A DNA stretch of 64,000 nucleotides from a virus (Duplodnaviria > Heunggongvirae > Uroviricota > Caudoviricetes), in the IMG/VR virus record IMGVR_UViG_3300042894_008610; one strand, written 5' to 3'. The position numbers and the translations under genes were made by a program. The notes below the pieces were generated by a model. It was not told the origin of the DNA. It saw only the letters and a list, made by a program, of their open reading frames with translations, and did no database searches. This document shows positions 56,824-64,000 of the stretch, one piece after another; positions within the stretch are counted from its first letter, which is position 1; each line of letters starts with the position of its first letter.

Positions 56824-57795
56824 TTATTTTTTGTTTTTAGTTTTTAGATTGTAATAAAGTATCTTTTTGATTATTTGTTCATCAACACCCAATTTTTGAC
56901 TAGCCGAATTAATTGCTTCTTTAACTGAACCATTTTCAAAAATTTTAACTGCACCTGCCCCTTGATTACAATAGGGAAAGGTCAAACATTTCTTTTTGAC
57001 CTTAACAAACTTTCCTCCTTTATAAATTGGTTTCTTACCCCCTCTCCAGTTTTTCTTATTTTTAGCAATAAATGCCGGTGTTGAGTAAGCTCCTACTGAG
57101 GCTGACGTAGTTGCTTCTGTTGCTTCAACCTTTTCTATATCACCTTCTTTACTCTCAATCTTAGATAATTTTGTATAGTAATGTGGGTCTTCATATAAAT
57201 GGTCTTTTGCAATCTCCATTGCAATTTTAATACTATCGGTATGTTCTAATTCAGTTTTAACACCCTTAACAAGTTCTTTCTTTAAGGTTTTAAACACATC
57301 TTCAATTTCACCCTTCATTTTACCTTTAGAGTGCATTTTAGCAATATCCTTAAGTGTTTTACCTTTGGCTAAACCACCAGGTATCTTTTCAGTTTCATTT
57401 GTTTCCTCTTTAGTAAATAATGGTGCTGAAAATGGACCTGCAGATGATGCACCTGTTGCCTCATCAGCCTCTATTTTATTAACCCTACCATATTTTTTCT
57501 TTTTTACAAATGGGTCATTAGACGCCGCATTTGGAACACCGTAACTGTATTGGTCACCAGTGTCTTTATCGTGTTTTCTAGATTTTTTCTTAAACTCAAC
57601 AAAATCAGAATCTAATTTCAAATCTTCTTTGAATTTATTTTTAGCATCTTCGTATTCAGATTCTTTTGTCTCACCCTCCATATTCATAGAATATTTCAAA
57701 GCATCCCCAATAGTGTCAGAATTTAATTTGACATTCGGCTGTGATGTATAAGCCGCCATAATACCTTTTTTAAATAAATCTGAACTACTTCTCAT
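56824..57795 (-). CDS. Lys-rich hypothetical protein
   Basis: 323-aa ORF. Confidence 0.5.
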   Translation of the reverse strand: MRSSSDLFKKGIMAAYTSQPNVKLNSDTIGDALKYSMNMEGETKESEYEDAKNKFKEDLKLDSDFVEFKKKSRKHDKDTGDQYSYGVPNAASNDPFVKKKKYGRVNKIEADEATGASSAGPFSAPLFTKEETNETEKIPGGLAKGKTLKDIAKMHSKGKMKGEIEDVFKTLKKELVKGVKTELEHTDSIKIAMEIAKDHLYEDPHYYTKLSKIESKEGDIEKVEATEATTSASVGAYSTPAFIAKNKKNWRGGKKPIYKGGKFVKVKKKCLTFPYCNQGAGAVKIFENGSVKEAINSASQKLGVDEQIIKKILYYNLKTKNKK

Positions 57796-57796
57796 C

Positions 57797-58042
57797 TTAT
57801 GCGTTTCTTAATCTTGGTTCCCAATATGAACGGTTCATCCACATAAATTGGTAGAACTCTCTAAACATTCTTAAAGTAATATCTTTAATGTCTCCTTGAA
57901 GTTTACCTCTTTTTATTTCTTTGGCAATCGTGTCCATCATTTTGTCTTCGAATTGCTTAATAGTATTAGTATTCATAAAGCTCTTTATTTCTTTACGAAT
58001 TAATACCTCTATTTCTTTTACGTCTGAACTTGTTAGTGCCAT
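57797..58042 (-). CDS. hypothetical protein
   Basis: 81-aa ORF. Confidence 0.45.
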   Translation of the reverse strand: MALTSSDVKEIEVLIRKEIKSFMNTNTIKQFEDKMMDTIAKEIKRGKLQGDIKDITLRMFREFYQFMWMNRSYWEPRLRNA

Positions 58043-58470
58043 TACTTTGTTATGTATAAATAACTCAAAGTCAGAATTATTGCTCCTGAAATTATCTGAG
58101 AAAAAGTTTTTTTTGTTTTAACTTTTCTTAATTCTTTTTGAGTGGTTTTTATCTCATCGTTTAAGATTTCATTTTTTCTTTTTTCACTTTCAACTAAGGT
58201 AATGTAATTATCCTCTTTTGACTTTAGTTTTTGTATTACTGAATCTTGATAAGTAACTTTTAATTCTAATTGTGTGATTTGAATATTAGCCAAAGATAAT
58301 TGAGCAATCGCCGAATCACCCCTCATCAAATCTTTAACAACCTCTCTAGCAACTTTAACAGGTAAAACTACTACCTGGCTATCTTTACTTTGAGTAACGG
58401 TCTGTGAAAAACTTGGTAAGCTCAGTGTCAGTAAAATTACTAACAGAATTAATCTTTTTACCATATTCAT
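58042..58470 (-). CDS. membrane/secreted coiled-coil protein (N-terminal signal or TM + C-terminal TM)
   Basis: MNMVKRLILLVILLTLSLPSFSQ; C-terminal IISGAIILTLSYLYI. Confidence 0.5.
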   Translation of the reverse strand: MNMVKRLILLVILLTLSLPSFSQTVTQSKDSQVVVLPVKVAREVVKDLMRGDSAIAQLSLANIQITQLELKVTYQDSVIQKLKSKEDNYITLVESEKRKNEILNDEIKTTQKELRKVKTKKTFSQIISGAIILTLSYLYITK

Positions 58471-58753
58471 TCCCTACTTTAATTCTAATCTCTTTTATTT
58501 GTTGTATACTGTTGTTTGTCTCTTCAATTTTAACTTCATACTTTTCAATCTCAGTTTGTAGTTTCTCTTGTTTTTTTTCGATATTTTCAATCTTATTATT
58601 TAACTCTCTAATTTCAAAACGAGCTTCTTCACTCATCTTACTTAAAGGTGTTAAAACAAAAATCATCCAATACAATATAAAAAGACACACAACAAATATT
58701 AATATAGATTTGTAGTTGTTCTTAATATATGATATGATTAGATTACTCTTCAT
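58385..58753 (-). CDS. type-II membrane coiled-coil protein (i-spanin-like architecture)
   Basis: N-terminal TM ILIFVVCLFILYWMIFVLTPL then coiled coil; 86-nt out-of-frame overlap with 58042..58470. Confidence 0.45.
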   Translation of the reverse strand: MKSNLIISYIKNNYKSILIFVVCLFILYWMIFVLTPLSKMSEEARFEIRELNNKIENIEKKQEKLQTEIEKYEVKIEETNNSIQQIKEIRIKVGNEYGKKINSVSNFTDTELTKFFTDRYSK

Positions 58754-59318
58754 CTTGTGTTGTTTGTTTTCTTGAAGCTAAAACCCTCGACCACTTAACT
58801 TTAAATTTATCGTAAAAACTTTTTAACTTATTAATTGTTTCTAAAGTCTCATCATCAACTTTCAACATATTCCCGTTGATGTAAGTACCACTACTTTCAC
58901 CAATAGTATAAATAAAATCAATATCTTTATCGATAATTTTACCTGACCATTCAACAGTAGTTGGGTATAGGTTTAATTGATTAAAATCTGAAAGGTCTGA
59001 AACCTCTTCAGAGAAGTCATCCATAGTCTCTTGGAAAGCAACTTTATCGTCAGTTGTAATGTCTGTATCAGATTTTTCTTTTCCGTGAATGGCTAGTATC
59101 CCACCTGATATTCTATATTTTTGGACATACTCATCGTCAGCCTCTTTTTCTTTACCATTCTCAGCAGTATCGTATTCATCCTGTTCGATTTCATCTTCGA
59201 TACTCTTACCAATATTCATTGGTCCAAGTTTTTCGGCGTTTAATTGTTCCATCACCAATCTTGATGTCTTTAACAAGTCTTTAATTTCGTCGTACCTATT
59301 GTTCGCTAAGTTGTTCAT
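58743..59318 (-). CDS. hypothetical acidic protein
   Basis: 191-aa ORF. Confidence 0.5.
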   Translation of the reverse strand: MNNLANNRYDEIKDLLKTSRLVMEQLNAEKLGPMNIGKSIEDEIEQDEYDTAENGKEKEADDEYVQKYRISGGILAIHGKEKSDTDITTDDKVAFQETMDDFSEEVSDLSDFNQLNLYPTTVEWSGKIIDKDIDFIYTIGESSGTYINGNMLKVDDETLETINKLKSFYDKFKVKWSRVLASRKQTTQDEE

Positions 59319-59907
59319 CTTCTATTTGTTTTTTGAATGATGTGAAAGGAAATGCAGGACTTAAATCTGTAAATCTTTGGTCATAATTACTTCTTGAAAC
59401 TATTCCCTTGAAGTTTTCGATGCCATCGAATTTTGTATTATGCCCTACGAATTTATTTGGTATTGAAAATTTCTCACACAACATTTTACAAAGTTCAACA
59501 GATTTCTCGATTTGAACATCCGTGTATGGTTGCCAAAAGAAATAGTCTCTCCACTTCTTTTCATATACATTATCTTTATAAATATTACCAATCCAATTCA
59601 AGTAGTGTTCAGAAAGAGGTTTTTTATTTAACCATCCATAGTTTTCAAAACAAACAATTATATGATTTTTTTTAATCCTATCATTAATTAAAAAATCACT
59701 AGTGTAATTCGGTGATAATATCTCTAATACTCTACCTTCTCGAGTTATTAGATAGTGAGGTAACTTAGTATAGTTACCCCCCATTCTAAACTTAAGGGAG
59801 GTCAAGTATTCACTTGCCTCCCTTGATGTATGACAGAGCACAATCTGTCTTTTTTCTTTAAGTTTTTTTTGTGTCTTAAATTTACCGTAAACGATTACTT
59901 CATCCAT
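59296..59907 (-). CDS. N-acetylmuramoyl-L-alanine amidase-like (amidase_2/PGRP, T7-lysozyme-like) protein
   Basis: IVLCHTS...PHYLITREGRV...KNHIIVCFENYG...VGHN is collinear with the T7 lysozyme motifs (HCSAT...GYHFIIKRDGTV...NHNSIGVCLVG...AHHEV). Confidence 0.5.
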   Translation of the reverse strand: MDEVIVYGKFKTQKKLKEKRQIVLCHTSREASEYLTSLKFRMGGNYTKLPHYLITREGRVLEILSPNYTSDFLINDRIKKNHIIVCFENYGWLNKKPLSEHYLNWIGNIYKDNVYEKKWRDYFFWQPYTDVQIEKSVELCKMLCEKFSIPNKFVGHNTKFDGIENFKGIVSRSNYDQRFTDLSPAFPFTSFKKQIEDEQLSEQ

Positions 59908-60580
59908 TTCGTCCTGTATAGGATAGTCGGTTTATATTGTTTTGTTCTTCGGATAAATTTTCAAACTTTTTCCTGTTCATTTCATCAAGAAGTTTTTGTA
60001 GTCTTTCAATCTCTTCTTGTGACGCTTTTAACCTTTCATTCTCATCTCTTTCGAATTCTTTCTTAGCAACTTCTTTCGATATTTCGTCAATGTCAACGTC
60101 AGGTGGTAAAGTTTTCTTATCCTGTTCCTCAAATTTAACTAACATATGTAAAAACGAAAGAGAAATTAGTGGTAACATACCACCAGCAAAGAACGCTAAG
60201 AATCTTTTATGTGACACAAGGTTACCAGATTCAACTCCAATATATGAAACGAGAGGGTCTGTCATTTCAACCCAACTCTTGAACATATCTCCATTCATAT
60301 CAATATACTGATAAGCAAAAAATATGTTACCAATAAATTGTATTAATGTTACAATACCAAATGGTAAATAAACTTTTCTACCCATTTGTGCTGATATTGC
60401 AGCAAGTGCTGACAACGCAGCAATTTCAATACCTACTGATAGATAGATTGCCCAAGTAACAGGATTACTTATTCCATACCAAGTAGTAACGTGAGATATT
60501 GAAACAAATGCAACTGTTAGAATTGGAATCAAAAATGCAAAGTAGATGATTTTTTTAAAATTCCTTTGTATCCAATTCAT
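59900..60580 (-). CDS. multi-TM membrane protein with C-terminal coiled coil (holin-like candidate)
   Basis: 4-5 hydrophobic helices; overlaps the start of the amidase-like gene. Confidence 0.45.
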   Translation of the reverse strand: MNWIQRNFKKIIYFAFLIPILTVAFVSISHVTTWYGISNPVTWAIYLSVGIEIAALSALAAISAQMGRKVYLPFGIVTLIQFIGNIFFAYQYIDMNGDMFKSWVEMTDPLVSYIGVESGNLVSHKRFLAFFAGGMLPLISLSFLHMLVKFEEQDKKTLPPDVDIDEISKEVAKKEFERDENERLKASQEEIERLQKLLDEMNRKKFENLSEEQNNINRLSYTGRNG

Positions 60581-60582
60581 AG

Positions 60583-60870
60583 TTATTTCATTTTAGCTTC
60601 TAATGACGAAATTTCATTGTCAATTTGAGTTTGTCTATTAACATCTAAAATTTTTCTATCAGTTGATTGAATCATTCTTTTTTCGGATTTCAACCCTTCA
60701 ATCTGAAGTCTTAAATTCAATTCTTCTTTAGTGTATGTGGAGTCTTTGATTACACCAATCTCTTTTCTAATTTTTGACAACTCACGAGTGTCTCCACAAC
60801 TTTTGAAGAAACTCAACACCGCAATTACCAAAACAATCACAGTGAAATTCTTTTTAATAAATTCTTTCAT
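60583..60870 (-). CDS. small membrane-anchored coiled-coil protein
   Basis: N-terminal TM VIVLVIAVLSFF. Confidence 0.45.
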   Translation of the reverse strand: MKEFIKKNFTVIVLVIAVLSFFKSCGDTRELSKIRKEIGVIKDSTYTKEELNLRLQIEGLKSEKRMIQSTDRKILDVNRQTQIDNEISSLEAKMK

Positions 60871-60902
60871 AGTTTTTTTTTATAAATAAATATCCAAAAA
60901 TC

Positions 60903-61703
60903 TTATAGATAATCAAAAAGTTCACTAGACTCATTACGCAACTTACGTAAAGCCTTCTCTTTAATTTGTCTAACACGTTCCTTAGTTAATTGGAAGTCAT
61001 TACCAATATCTTCAAGTGTACGGGTATTTCCTGACAATCCGTAGTAATCTTCAATGATAATTTTTTCACGGTCATCTAAAACTTCTAAGATACCTTTCAA
61101 CTTGTCTTTAAGGATGTCTTTTGTATGAAATCCGGAGTCAGGTGCCAAAGCATCAGGATTACTCAAAACATCCAACAAAGTATCACCATCTTCATTGAGG
61201 GGATTATCATAATTAACCGTATAAGGAAGGGTTACAAACTTTTCGGGTAACTCAACCCCACTCTTCTCAAGTTCTTTTTTAGCCTTTTGAAGTTCTTGAA
61301 CAACATTCACAGGAAGACGAATAGTTCTCGCATTCTCGTTAAGTGATTGTAGGATTGATTGTCTTACCCACCAAACCGCATATGAAATAAACCTTAGCTG
61401 TTTGGACCAATCGAAATTTTCAACAGCTTTAAGTAATCCAAGATTACCTTCAGCAATTAGGTCACAAAGTTCTAATCCTTGATTTTGGTATTGTTTGGCA
61501 ACAGTAATTACAAATCGGAGATTACCTGTTAACAATTCTTGTTCAATTTGACGTTTCTCTGTTAACGTCAAATCATCCGATAACATTCTCTGAGCGAGTT
61601 GTTTTTCTCTATCAGGTGTCATAACTTTTATCTTACGAATATCTTTAAGATAAGTTGCAATCTCTTCTTGATTAATAGGGATACTTAAATTTTTGTCTTT
61701 CAT
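60903..61703 (-). CDS. RNA polymerase sigma-70 family sigma factor
   Basis: region 2 LRFVITVAKQYQNQGLELCDLIAEGNLGLLKAVENFD...RFISYAVWWVRQSI; region 4 TLEDIGNDFQLTKERVRQIKEKALRKLR; the track start is a GTG at 61712, ATG at 61703. Confidence 0.85.
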   Translation of the reverse strand: MKDKNLSIPINQEEIATYLKDIRKIKVMTPDREKQLAQRMLSDDLTLTEKRQIEQELLTGNLRFVITVAKQYQNQGLELCDLIAEGNLGLLKAVENFDWSKQLRFISYAVWWVRQSILQSLNENARTIRLPVNVVQELQKAKKELEKSGVELPEKFVTLPYTVNYDNPLNEDGDTLLDVLSNPDALAPDSGFHTKDILKDKLKGILEVLDDREKIIIEDYYGLSGNTRTLEDIGNDFQLTKERVRQIKEKALRKLRNESSELFDYL

Positions 61704-61708
61704 ATGTC

Positions 61709-62251
61709 TCACTTAATGTAGGTTTTTAAAATTTGTTGTTCTTCTTCTGTTAGTGTTTCAAGTCCTTGGTCGTATATTTTTTCTAAAAGGTCGTCTAATG
61801 TAGGTATCTTGATTTTGTTTTTTGAGCGACGAATGATATCAATAATGTCGTCTTCATCATCATCGTCATCTTCATTTTCAAGAAATTCTAATATTGAAAA
61901 CCCTTCCGTTCCATTCTTAACATTCGTCATATTAACAGATGACAAATTTAGTTCCGAATTTGGATTATCGATGTTAAAAAACCACTTTTCGTCATCATCA
62001 GGTAAAAAGACTGACATATTGTCAGTTTCACTGACAAAAATTCCATATATGTTACCGTAAAAAGCATCGTGAACATATGATTTAATCTCATCTTTAGTCA
62101 TTTCACTCTTGAAATGAAAAAAAAACAAACCTGAATTGTAAAGATAAGAAAAATTTTCAGACCCAACGACTGGTGATACCACCATAATAATATCGTTTTT
62201 GTGTTTGTCGTTAAAGTCCTTAAAAGAGATAATTAAGTTGTACTTTGTCAT
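61709..62251 (-). CDS. hypothetical acidic protein (poly-Asp/Glu tract)
   Basis: 180 aa; ENEDDDDDEDD. Confidence 0.5.
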   Translation of the reverse strand: MTKYNLIISFKDFNDKHKNDIIMVVSPVVGSENFSYLYNSGLFFFHFKSEMTKDEIKSYVHDAFYGNIYGIFVSETDNMSVFLPDDDEKWFFNIDNPNSELNLSSVNMTNVKNGTEGFSILEFLENEDDDDDEDDIIDIIRRSKNKIKIPTLDDLLEKIYDQGLETLTEEEQQILKTYIK

Positions 62252-62300
62252 AGATTAAAATTATAATGCTAAGATACAACTTAATTTCTAAATAACCAAC

Positions 62301-64000
62301 CTATTGTATAACATTTGATACGTTATCATCCTTTTTAATCTTAACGATATTGTCAGCCCAGTTGGACACTAAAGGATTGTGTGTGATAACAAATATCTTT
62401 TCAAAGTAATCTTTAATCTTAGAAAAGAACTCACCAACTAATTCCAGATTCTCATTGGAGATTTTACCGAATACCTCATCCCAAACAATAACATTTGGTT
62501 TTGGTAGTGAACATATCTTACTTAAGACTGAACGAAGTGCCATACTTGCAATTGTTCTCTCATACCCTGAACCAGAAGCCATAAGTTTTTCAACTCCAGT
62601 AGAATTATCAATCATAATGAACTCAACCTCATTCTTATCATTAATTCTAATTTCAAGGTTGAAATAACAAGAGTCTTGTAAAAGTCTTTGTAATTCTTGG
62701 TTGATGACAGGCATCATAGTCTTCATAATAATTTTAGAAATACCATTCTTACCATACAACTCCAAATACAATTTATAGACCTTTTCACGTTCAAACTCTT
62801 GTCCAATTTTAGTAATCAAATCTGTATTCTTACTAATTTTATCTTCAAAGTTTTGAATTTGATTCGCGTTTTGTACTTGTTGTCTCTCAAATCCTCTTTT
62901 TTGATTTATAAGTTCATCAATACGAAGTTGTGCCTTTAAAATCTGAGCTTCAAGTTCCTGGTTCTTTTTAATTTTTTCTTGAGACTCCTCATATCTTCTT
63001 AGTTTGTCCTTAACTCTTTCAAGTTTCAACTTTGTTGCCTCGAGAGAAACCTCATACTTTTCACGAATAAGTTTATTCTTCTCATATTCGTCAAACTCTT
63101 TTTTAAGTTGTGTGAATCCTTGTTCTTTGACGGTTAAATCCTGCATTAACTTCAATTTCTCGTCTTTTTGCACGATAAATCCGTCAAGCTCGGCGATTTT
63201 TGCCTGTGTAATTGCAGCGTTCATTAATTCAATCCCACAGTGCTCACACTTTATGCCACCTGAAACCTCAGACTTTAATTTCTCCAACCCTTCAATTTGA
63301 ATCTCAATCTGAGCAATTTGAATATTAACGTCACTAATCTCACGTCTAACCACATCGTGTTTATCCTCGTGATAATATTGAGTCGGTTCTTTAACAACAA
63401 CTGACTTTATTTGTTGTTCTATTTTTTCACATTCACCCTCAACATTTGATATCTCACTTTTAAGTGATAGTGGGTTTAATGATAACAATTCTTGGTCAAT
63501 GTCACTAAATTTGGCATTTAATAAACCATCTTTATATTCTTGACCTCTTGATAAACGGTCACTAACATCTTTTAACTCTTTCTCAAGATTTTCATCACTT
63601 TGTTTAACAGTTATAATTTGTTCCTGTGATGTGGTAATCTCTTGCTTTAAAGTCTCTGAATTGTAAACGTTAGACAACATACCTTTTGAAAATTCACTGT
63701 AAATCTCCTTGGCAGCTTCTTCTTTTCTTTTTAGAAACTCAAGTCCCATAAATCTTGATAACACTTGTCCACGAGCAGTTGGTTTGGAATCAATAAGTTC
63801 TTCAAGATTACTAGAGGTTGTTAAAATTGTCATCAAGAAATCATCCATTTCACCAATAGAATTTTTGATAAACTTTTCAGTCTCTCTACGTTGTTCACCA
63901 GTAAAATTTTGATAACTACCATCAGGTAATTTTTTCAAGAAGTCCAATTCTGTTTTAACATTCCAATCACCAGACTTTGCTTTTTTTCTTTCAATGTTAC
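62301..64000 (-). CDS. SbcC/Rad50-like ABC ATPase (recombination/repair nuclease subunit), 5'-partial: the N-terminus lies beyond the window end
   Basis: long coiled coil then ABC signature-like SGSGYERT, Walker B IVWDEVF, H-loop ITHN; the frame stays open to position 64000 (the track 'M' at 63947 is an internal TTG). Confidence 0.7.
   Translation of the reverse strand, partial: NIERKKAKSGDWNVKTELDFLKKLPDGSYQNFTGEQRRETEKFIKNSIGEMDDFLMTILTTSSNLEELIDSKPTARGQVLSRFMGLEFLKRKEEAAKEIYSEFSKGMLSNVYNSETLKQEITTSQEQIITVKQSDENLEKELKDVSDRLSRGQEYKDGLLNAKFSDIDQELLSLNPLSLKSEISNVEGECEKIEQQIKSVVVKEPTQYYHEDKHDVVRREISDVNIQIAQIEIQIEGLEKLKSEVSGGIKCEHCGIELMNAAITQAKIAELDGFIVQKDEKLKLMQDLTVKEQGFTQLKKEFDEYEKNKLIREKYEVSLEATKLKLERVKDKLRRYEESQEKIKKNQELEAQILKAQLRIDELINQKRGFERQQVQNANQIQNFEDKISKNTDLITKIGQEFEREKVYKLYLELYGKNGISKIIMKTMMPVINQELQRLLQDSCYFNLEIRINDKNEVEFIMIDNSTGVEKLMASGSGYERTIASMALRSVLSKICSLPKPNVIVWDEVFGKISNENLELVGEFFSKIKDYFEKIFVITHNPLVSNWADNIVKIKKDDNVSNVIQ

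Noticed and set aside
1-64000. Giant eukaryotic virus (Mimivirus-like) origin, suggested by collagen-like proteins, cyclophilin, glutamine synthetase, UDP-sugar enzymes and Trx/Grx
   Set aside because: The sigma-70-family sigma factor, rho-independent terminators with T-runs, S74-chaperone tail fibres, Dam/SPPY MTases, a DnaJ with bacterial architecture and Bacteroidetes -7 promoter motifs fit a bacteriophage better. No NCLDV core genes are visible here.

Overview
This is an AT-rich window of roughly one-third GC with about 90% of coding sequence on the minus strand, and it reads as a contiguous piece of a large bacteriophage genome (jumbo-phage-like). A bacterial host is indicated by a sigma-70 family sigma factor, many rho-independent terminators, three tail-fibre genes ending in S74 intramolecular-chaperone domains, and Dam-like and beta-class DNA methyltransferases. 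The absence of Shine-Dalgarno sequences and two copies of the Bacteroidetes-type -7 promoter element (TAnnTTTG) upstream of paralogous genes suggest a Bacteroidetes (Flavobacteria-like) host. Recognisable content: (i) three tandem giant collagen-like (Gly-X-Y) tail-fibre paralogs (37.2-47.5 kb); (ii) a glycan-synthesis island with UDP-galactopyranose mutase and two GT2 glycosyltransferases (17.7-21.2 kb), with a third GT2 + LpxH-like phosphoesterase pair at 9.5-10.9 kb and a cytidylyltransferase at 5.8-6.2 kb; (iii) a dispersed RNA-repair-like set (ATP-dependent RNA ligase, P-loop kinase, metallophosphoesterases); (iv) host-like auxiliary genes (type II glutamine synthetase, DnaJ, cyclophilin, thioredoxin, glutaredoxin, SPFH/band-7 with a small membrane partner, NUDIX, DHH-DHHA1 phosphoesterase, DUF192); (v) a tRNA-Met(CAU) gene directly followed on the same strand by an ORF-free, GC-elevated ~0.9 kb segment that ends at a strong terminator, which I flag as a candidate large structured ncRNA; (vi) putative lysis functions (GH19-like hydrolase, amidase_2-like protein flanked by overlapping membrane-protein genes); (vii) a 3'-partial SbcC/Rad50-like ATPase at the window end. 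Patterns the gene calls do not explain are a family of at least nine otherwise unrelated proteins that share an N-terminal 'ϕ-[TQS]-E-[SQ]-x-ϕ-x-x-ϕ-ϕ-K-x-V/M' helix motif, and a seven-fold repeated terminator hairpin (CCCCCAC-N4-7-GTGAGGG) whose conserved mismatch becomes a U:G pair only in minus-strand RNA. All functional calls are by eye from motifs; no database searches were run.
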